This document shows, piece after piece, positions 57,264 to 64,000 of a stretch of DNA of 64,000 nt. The notes under the pieces are model-generated. The model did not search any database and had not been told where the DNA came from. It saw only the letters and a program-made list of their open reading frames with translations. The position numbers and the translations under genes were made by a program. Position 1 is the stretch's first letter. Each line of letters starts with the position of its first letter. Where the stretch lies: the NCBI RefSeq assembly GCF_009914755.1, contig NC_060931.1; one strand, 5' to 3'. Source of the DNA: the human T2T-CHM13v2.0 reference genome, Homo sapiens.

Positions 57264-60200
57264 TAAAGTAGATTTTAAGAGATTGTGTAAAGAGTTCTTG
57301 TCATGTTTTGTCTCTAGTGAGACTAGTATTTTGGGGAGTGTAATGGAATTGGGGAAAATATCTTGGAAAGATGTGGCAGTTATAGGACTTGATGGCTATT
57401 GACCAGGAGAATCTAATTTTCAACAACATTCCAAGGTGGGCACACCTATGGCACTTACTGTATGCTGGTGCTGTACTGTGTTCTTGCTGTGTGTATGGTA
57501 GTGTGTGAGTGTGTGTGTGTGTGTTTGTCTGTGTGATATGATGATGTGCTATGTTTGGACTATGTTTCTGGTCCAGAAAATTTGAGAAAAGTTTAGCACA
57601 ATGAAGCCAGGAAAGTTTTATCACGCAGGTGACATCAAAATGTGCCTCTTAATGTTTACATTACACACAGTAAGCATTTAGATCACACTTTAAAGTTCAC
57701 GTTGAAATTGAGGCCAGAATATTTGAGATTAAAATTCATAAGACCTTCCTCTTCTAAGATGTATATTCTTATGTGTTCATCTTCAAAGGAGACCCTATAA
57801 TTTTACTTCAAACAAATACAGTGATTTAACTTAAAAAGCTGGGATAACGAGTGGTTAATAGGTTTTAGGAATTGTTTAAATATTTTTTATTGTGAATCCG
57901 TGTGCTTTAGAAACGTTTGCTCCAAGAACTCTTTCCTTAAAGAGAAGAGGAAAGCATTTGGAAAGCATTTAGGTGGTCTGAAGGACTTCTGGTAATAGTT
58001 ACTGATACAGGTTGAAGCCGTATTTCCAAGCAAACTATTATAACGATTTGGCAATTGACCAGAAGATAAGAAACCTCTGGTTCATTCTAATTCTTCTATT
58101 TCCTGGAATTTCAAGACTCATTCCTTCTAATTCCACTCCAGGAAGTAGAATGATATTTTTAAAACTATCAATAATCCAAATTACCATGAAGAATCCCATT
58201 TTTAAAAGTTCAATTCCTTTCTCTAAACTAAGGAATCTGTTTCTTCATTTTTTTTTTCACTAAAATAAATTTTGGTCATTCCTTCTGATTTCACTGTTAA
58301 AGAACTAGCTATGAAATTTGCACAATTTCATACAAAATAAATTTAACAGCAGTAACATAAAAAAGTTATTTTTCCTACCTACATAAACAATTGTAGTTAT
58401 ATTCTTACATGATGTTGATCATAAGAGATAAGAACTAAAAAAAACCAAAACTAACTGGAACAAAAGATTTGATTAGAAATGACAGTTGTTTGAGGGTTTA
58501 TTTTTGTAGGACAAAAGCTAGCATTTAATTGTTTATTTTACAGTTAGGGAGTTTACATTATGGAGGTATTCATATCTCCATTTCTTTCGTTGTGCTGTGA
58601 CACACTTCCTGAATATTTCAAACCACTTTGTTTTGCAAGACTACTTTGCATTCTGAAGAGGTTTCCTGCTTAATTTAGTTCCGTCAACTGATTGCCATGG
58701 AAACTCTTGATATCCTTTCCTCTTCCTGGAATGAGACACTGGCTCTGTTTCAAATAGATCTTTTGGCACAGAAATAGAGTATGTTTCATAGAGCAAAATG
58801 TGCTGTCAATAAAAGAGGGTCCTTCAGAGGGATCTACTGAATGGACAGGAGCCACAAATACACACATCACTACTGAACAGAAAGGTAGTTGAACAATTAA
58901 AACCAGGTAGCAGCATAGTTCAAATCAAAACAAAGTGATGCCTAACCGACTTTTTAATTTTATTCACAAGTAAGTTGAAATCAATGCTTTACTGCATGCC
59001 AACTGAGCAAAATCAAAACAGAACAACCAATGATATATTACCCTAAAATTTTATGAGACTGAATCAATCTGAATTTCTCAAGGGCATCTCAAAGCAGATT
59101 AAATTGGTGAATGTGAACAGTTGTGCTGGAAAAATAATTTCTATAATTAACTATAACACAAAGATCTACCATTTTTCTTGCCATGGATTTTATTTTAAAA
59201 GTACATTTCTCAAGCAATAGTGACTGTAATAAATACATTGGGTCATCCTATTAAGCCCTCCACTTTGAAATGAGGATCATATTCTGGGTTTATTCTACTT
59301 ATATTTAACAATTTTTAAATATGGAATTTGGAAAGTTAGAGCCAGTTACAATCATGAAAAAGAGAAGAATGATTATGTTTACAGTGTATTTACTACTTTA
59401 CTTTGTGTATGGATCGCTGAGAAAAAAACTTCAATTGCATGACTATATATGCATGTGTGTTTACAACTGTTGTGGATGACCGTGTGTGTGTTTATGTATT
59501 GCATACAGACAGGTAGTTGTCAAAAGTACAGATTAATAGAAAAAGAAGTAGGTGTATATTGGGAGAAAGAGGAAATTCCTTTCTGATGACTCTCTGTAAA
59601 TTCAAATATATGATAGCATCTTTAAAGTTAGAGTATCATGTGTTAATCTGTTATTTTTCATAATATTCAGGTTTTGCATATCCTTTGGAAAAAATGAGTG
59701 GATGACAGCTATCTCCACCCAAACTTGTAGAGAGCTGTTTTCCTAAGACATTAAAAGTGAGAAGAGGCAAAATTTTGCTTCCTTGTAAACCTTGAATTTA
59801 GCAGCAGACACATAATGGTTTCTTTTGATGGCTTGAAGTTTGTCTATATAAAAATCATTGGTTATGATTTTGTTTTTTCTGATTGAGGTGGTAGGCACAC
59901 ATTATTTACTTTTCCCACAGTCAATTTACATCAAGAAAATATGTTGCCCTACAAAGTTTATTTACAATGAAAATTCACGTGCATGGAGAGTACTTCCTAA
60001 AAGGAATGCATATTTAGCAAATCTGGAAAAAATAATAAAATAATTGTATAAATTCTAAATATTATAGGTAAGAGATTTTAAAACTCAGTTTATTATTTTT
60101 TGGGTCCACTTTGATTATCTAAATTAGAAAAGTATATGGTACCTTCAAATTAGCTACAGCCTTAGCTGATTTGTCAAAATGTATTATAGCAACTCTGTTT

Positions 60201-60624
60201 TAATATCTCACCATGACAAAGCAGTAAAGCTCTGGTTATCACAGTATATTGCTCACTTTCAGTGTGATTTACTCTTAGCAGTCTGTGCATAAATGAAGCA
60301 TAGTTTCACAATGTCTGCTTTTTGTTGTTGTTGTTGTTAAAACAAATGCCTTAGTGTCTGTTACACTCATATCTCTTCCTGGACTAGTTTCTCCAAATAC
60401 ATTTTTTTTTTAATCCTGCGCGGACAATTGGAGTGCATACTGAAGACTGCATGATGGAAATCTCTGACCTAATTCTGCAGTCATGAGAGGTTTGGAGAGC
60501 AGTGATTAAGATCTAAACATGGACATACATGTTTCAGTGAAGTATCTTAACTTTATCAGCCCCTTAACCAAAGTCGAGTTATTTTTATTTGCTTTCTTTT
60601 TTGGATCTTTGCAGATGCTAACAT

Positions 60625-60750
60625 CTTTCTTTCTCTTTCTCTTTCTTTCTTTCTTTCTTTTTCTTTCTTTCTTTCTTTCCTTCCTTCCTTCCTTCCTTCC
60701 TTCCTTCCTTCCTTCCTTCCTTCCTTCCTTCCTTCTTTCCTTCTTTCTTG
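60625..60750. repeat. (TTTC)n/(TTCC)n compound microsatellite
   Basis: Directly visible, pure pyrimidine strand. Confidence 0.97.
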
Positions 60751-61787
60751 ATTTCTGAATGTGACAGAGAGTTCTGAGGAGGTGGGGAGCTTTCCTATGA
60801 CCCATTTTCATTCTTTGAACCTAATTTAGCAACTTGTGTATACATTATTGTCTGTGTTTGTAAAATGCACAAACAATACTGCGACTTAAACACCAGATTC
60901 ATACTAAGGAATTGATCCTTACACTAGTCAGAAAGCACTTGCCTAAAATGAATATACTCTGACATGGAAACTAAAGCTCTGTTTCTGGAGAGGGCAGAAT
61001 AGAACCAGTGAGTGGAAATTATATAGACACAGATTTTAGCTCCATCTGAGGCACAGCGCATCGATAAGTAGCCATAGCATTCTTATTTCATGATGGAGCA
61101 GAGCTTGCTGTCTCTTGGATGGGTTTTCGAGTTGTTGGTGATGAGTTAATTATGTGGTGAGAGACCTTGTTTTCTGCCCTCTTTTCTGTTTGTCATCTGT
61201 CCTTTTTTCCTCCCCTCTTTTTTCCTTTTCTTCCCTTCTCTCTTTCCCTCTTTCCATTCAGTCTTCACACATGTATTAACGTCCTATTGTGTGTCAGATA
61301 CTTTGCTTCTAAACCTAAAAGTCTGTTATTGAGAAGTAATAGTTAATTATGTGAAGAAAAACATTCAGTACTCCTTCTACTGAGAAGGGCTTGTCTCTAT
61401 TTCCTTTCCACTTAACACTGACAATTTTAGAGCACATTAAAACTGAGGAAACTAGCAATGCTGTTTCAGAAATTAATTTTTGAAAGAAAACCAAAAGTCT
61501 TTTTTCCATTGATTATATATCTTAATTTGCTGCTGGAAGTAACCAGGCACCCACAGAAACAGCAAAAGGTGGACAATGAAAATTAGAAAGCATTTAAACC
61601 TGGGCACCTATCCCCAGTGAGCCTCTCCAGTTTTATCCCTGCAAAGAGTTAATGAAGGTAGAACAGAAGGGCAGAGCAAGCAGCTGTTTTAGTTTTTAGT
61701 GGGGACAATCAGTAGGATAAGAATGGACACATGTCAAGTTACCCCGCCTGCTGTCCTTAGATAAAAAGGCCTCTGAGACACAGACTG

Positions 61788-62400
61788 TGATGCCAAACCA
61801 TGTCCATTCTGCCTGTCGTATGGAATGCCAATCCCTGAGATGGTAAGTTTTACAGCGGAGAAAGAGTTTATTCATGAGGCAGTCAAGCAAGGAGGTGGGA
61901 GAACAGGTCTCAAATCTGCTTCCCTAAAGATGGGATTTTAAGGATATTTATGAGACAGAGGAGTGAGGTAGTCTGAAGTATGAGGAAAAGTCATTGGCAG
62001 TAAAGAAGAGTGAGGTTATCAGTGAACTATGCAAGCATAGCCAAGCTTCATGGCTCTTCATAGGATGCATGTTCACATGGTGGTGGTGTTAGCATGATCT
62101 GTAGGTAGAACATCAAAAGTGTACCTATCGAACACTCAAGCAGGGTCAGTGGTCGCAAATGGCTTGAACTGGACTAGAGCTGACTCTAAGTTCCTGAAAA
62201 ACAACTTCAGTAACCATCACCATGGTGACCTATATGCCAGAGATGTTATCTGTGAGGAAGCTAGTGCAAGTTCAGTTATATATTGCTTAGCCACATTACC
62301 TTTAGCTACATAGATTTTAAAATCAACTAAAGGCAAGTAGCTAAAAACAAGCAAGGCAGGTTAAGCTTGGCAGACCTAATCAGGTTAGCCCTTGGTTTCA
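61788..62400 (-). mobile_element. ERV1 solo LTR (MER72/LTR26/MER67-group; subfamily uncertain)
   Basis: TG..CA termini; minus strand starts TGAAACCAAGGGCTAACC; AATAAA on the minus strand at ~61867-61872; 4-bp TSD ACTG at 61784-61787 and 62401-62404. Confidence 0.8.
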
Positions 62401-62860
62401 ACTGTAAGTTGTCTCCCAATAATCCACCTTCCCTTTCTCCATTTTAACAGAAATTTTAGTCTATCTTATGACCACTCAGAATCCCAGTCCCACTACGTAG
62501 CCCCGTCTCCCTTGCAGCAATATGATGCCACGTGTCTTAAGTTACGACCAATATGATAGAAGACAACTATCCCATGACAGCTTTTGGGAAACTTCCTTAA
62601 GACAGCTAATGTACACCGTGGCCCTTCCTCTCTTTGGCTTCTTCTCCATCCTGCTACCTGGAATGCAGATGCTACCATCTTGCACTGTGGGGTCCAGCTA
62701 TGACAGAATGGTAGCTGGAAAGAACTAGGTCCCTGAAGAGATCATGGAATGGAGCTGCCATAATCATCCCAAATTGCCTCCTTTATACTTGTCCTCTCTA
62801 AGTAACGTTATTTTGTTATTTTAAAAACAATTCATAGTTAAACACAATCCCAACTAATAT
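62401..62860 (+). mobile_element. MLT1 (I/J-like) LTR, split near its 5' end by the ERV1 LTR
   Basis: GTCTCCCTTGCAGC..CCTGCTACCTGGAATGCAGATG..CCATCTTG..CAATCCCAACTAATA. Confidence 0.7.
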
Positions 62861-64000
62861 GGGCACCTTATAGGAAGGCTAAAGGCAGCCTGTCTCCATT
62901 TCTAAGATTGACACTTAGCATTCCTAGTAGTGGAGGAACATAGTTTTTCAGAAAGGTCTATAAATTATGCTTTTACTAGGGATTTTACCTATGTTTTTCT
63001 TCACTTCATCCTCATAGGTGGTACCAGGCTCACACTATGAATGATAATATAATATGTTATCAGAGAGATAACATAGGAACTTCGTTTAAGTCTGGGAATT
63101 AAACACAGATCTACCTGACTCAAAACTTACATTTTTTTTTCTATCATTCTATATTGCCTTCTTGATATTCTGCTTTAAGATTCCTCCTCAGTCACATATT
63201 TCTATGGCTGATAGACTGGTTGGTATCCACTTAGCCAGTAGCTTTGAGAGAAGGCTCCAGAGTAGGTGAAAGAAGTTTTCCTTTGTATTAGCAAGTGAAG
63301 ACCGATTTCCAATATAAAGAGAAAATGTCAAGTGTGACTTCTATTTGAGAAAGATTTGAAAATAAATGCTAGATCTGATTTTATATTATCTATAGATTAT
63401 TGGTTTTAACTGGCAGCCCAGGCTGATTTTAGAGTTACGTATACATTTATATTGTCTCATAATATTAAAAAAAAAAAAAGTAATTAGTTGTTAAACTTTA
63501 AAAGGGAAAATCTGGGTTGCTTTCCCACATGACAATCAGCTGATGCTGTGTATGGCTGTCTTTATCAGTGGGCTTGCTATAGTTAGTCAGCCCACTCCAC
63601 TCATTTTCATTACTGACCCTTTCCTGTTAGTCATTTGAGAAGTTTACAGCCTTTGTGTGGACCCTTTTCCTTGAAGATGATTAAACACACAACAGATTGT
63701 TAACAGTTGCCAGTATGTTTGGCAAATTAATTTATCAATCTTAACTTCAGACTTACAGTCCTTATTTGTAAGTATATAAACACCGGTGTATTCTTCTTAT
63801 TTTTAAGAATAATTTGGTGACCTCTAGAGAGGTCTATGCGGTCTCTTCAGAGCACCTATAAACTTCTTTAGAGAAATTCATAGATAAAACAAATTATCTC
63901 TGCATTTTGGAATATAGACTTGGATTATTTCAAAGTCCTAGACATTTTCTACACGGTTCTGTTTGCCCAGTAGGCTTTGAGCCCAGTTGGAATATAGTCC

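Noticed and set aside
63780-63835. Short palindromes ACACCGGTGT and GACCTCT-AG-AGAGGTC
   Set aside because: Lengths expected by chance in 64 kb

Overview
Primate (almost certainly human or great-ape) AT-rich, gene-poor nuclear DNA. It is dominated by interspersed repeats: about 11 Alu/FAM elements, L1s of many ages, MaLR/ERVL/ERV1/ERVK LTRs, hAT MITEs, MIR/L2 and microsatellites. I find no intact protein-coding gene; nearly all listed ORFs are repeat-derived or chance frames. The only gene-derived feature is a full-length processed pseudogene of BRWD1 (minus strand, ~48597-50753). It appears to be copied from the short, intron-terminated isoform and carries an unexplained 34-bp hairpin insertion. 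Other notable structures: a 72-bp locally templated copy of a THE1D LTR segment inserted 1.25 kb away inside the same L1; a young 5'-inverted (twin-primed) L1PA2; an apparent orphan poly(A) insertion with a 20-bp TSD; and a near-complete MLT1 provirus. I see no evidence of a novel multi-gene system. The unusual items are genome-evolution and DNA-repair signatures plus weak regulatory or lncRNA-exon candidates. Repeat subfamily names come from my recall of consensus sequences and need RepeatMasker/Dfam confirmation.
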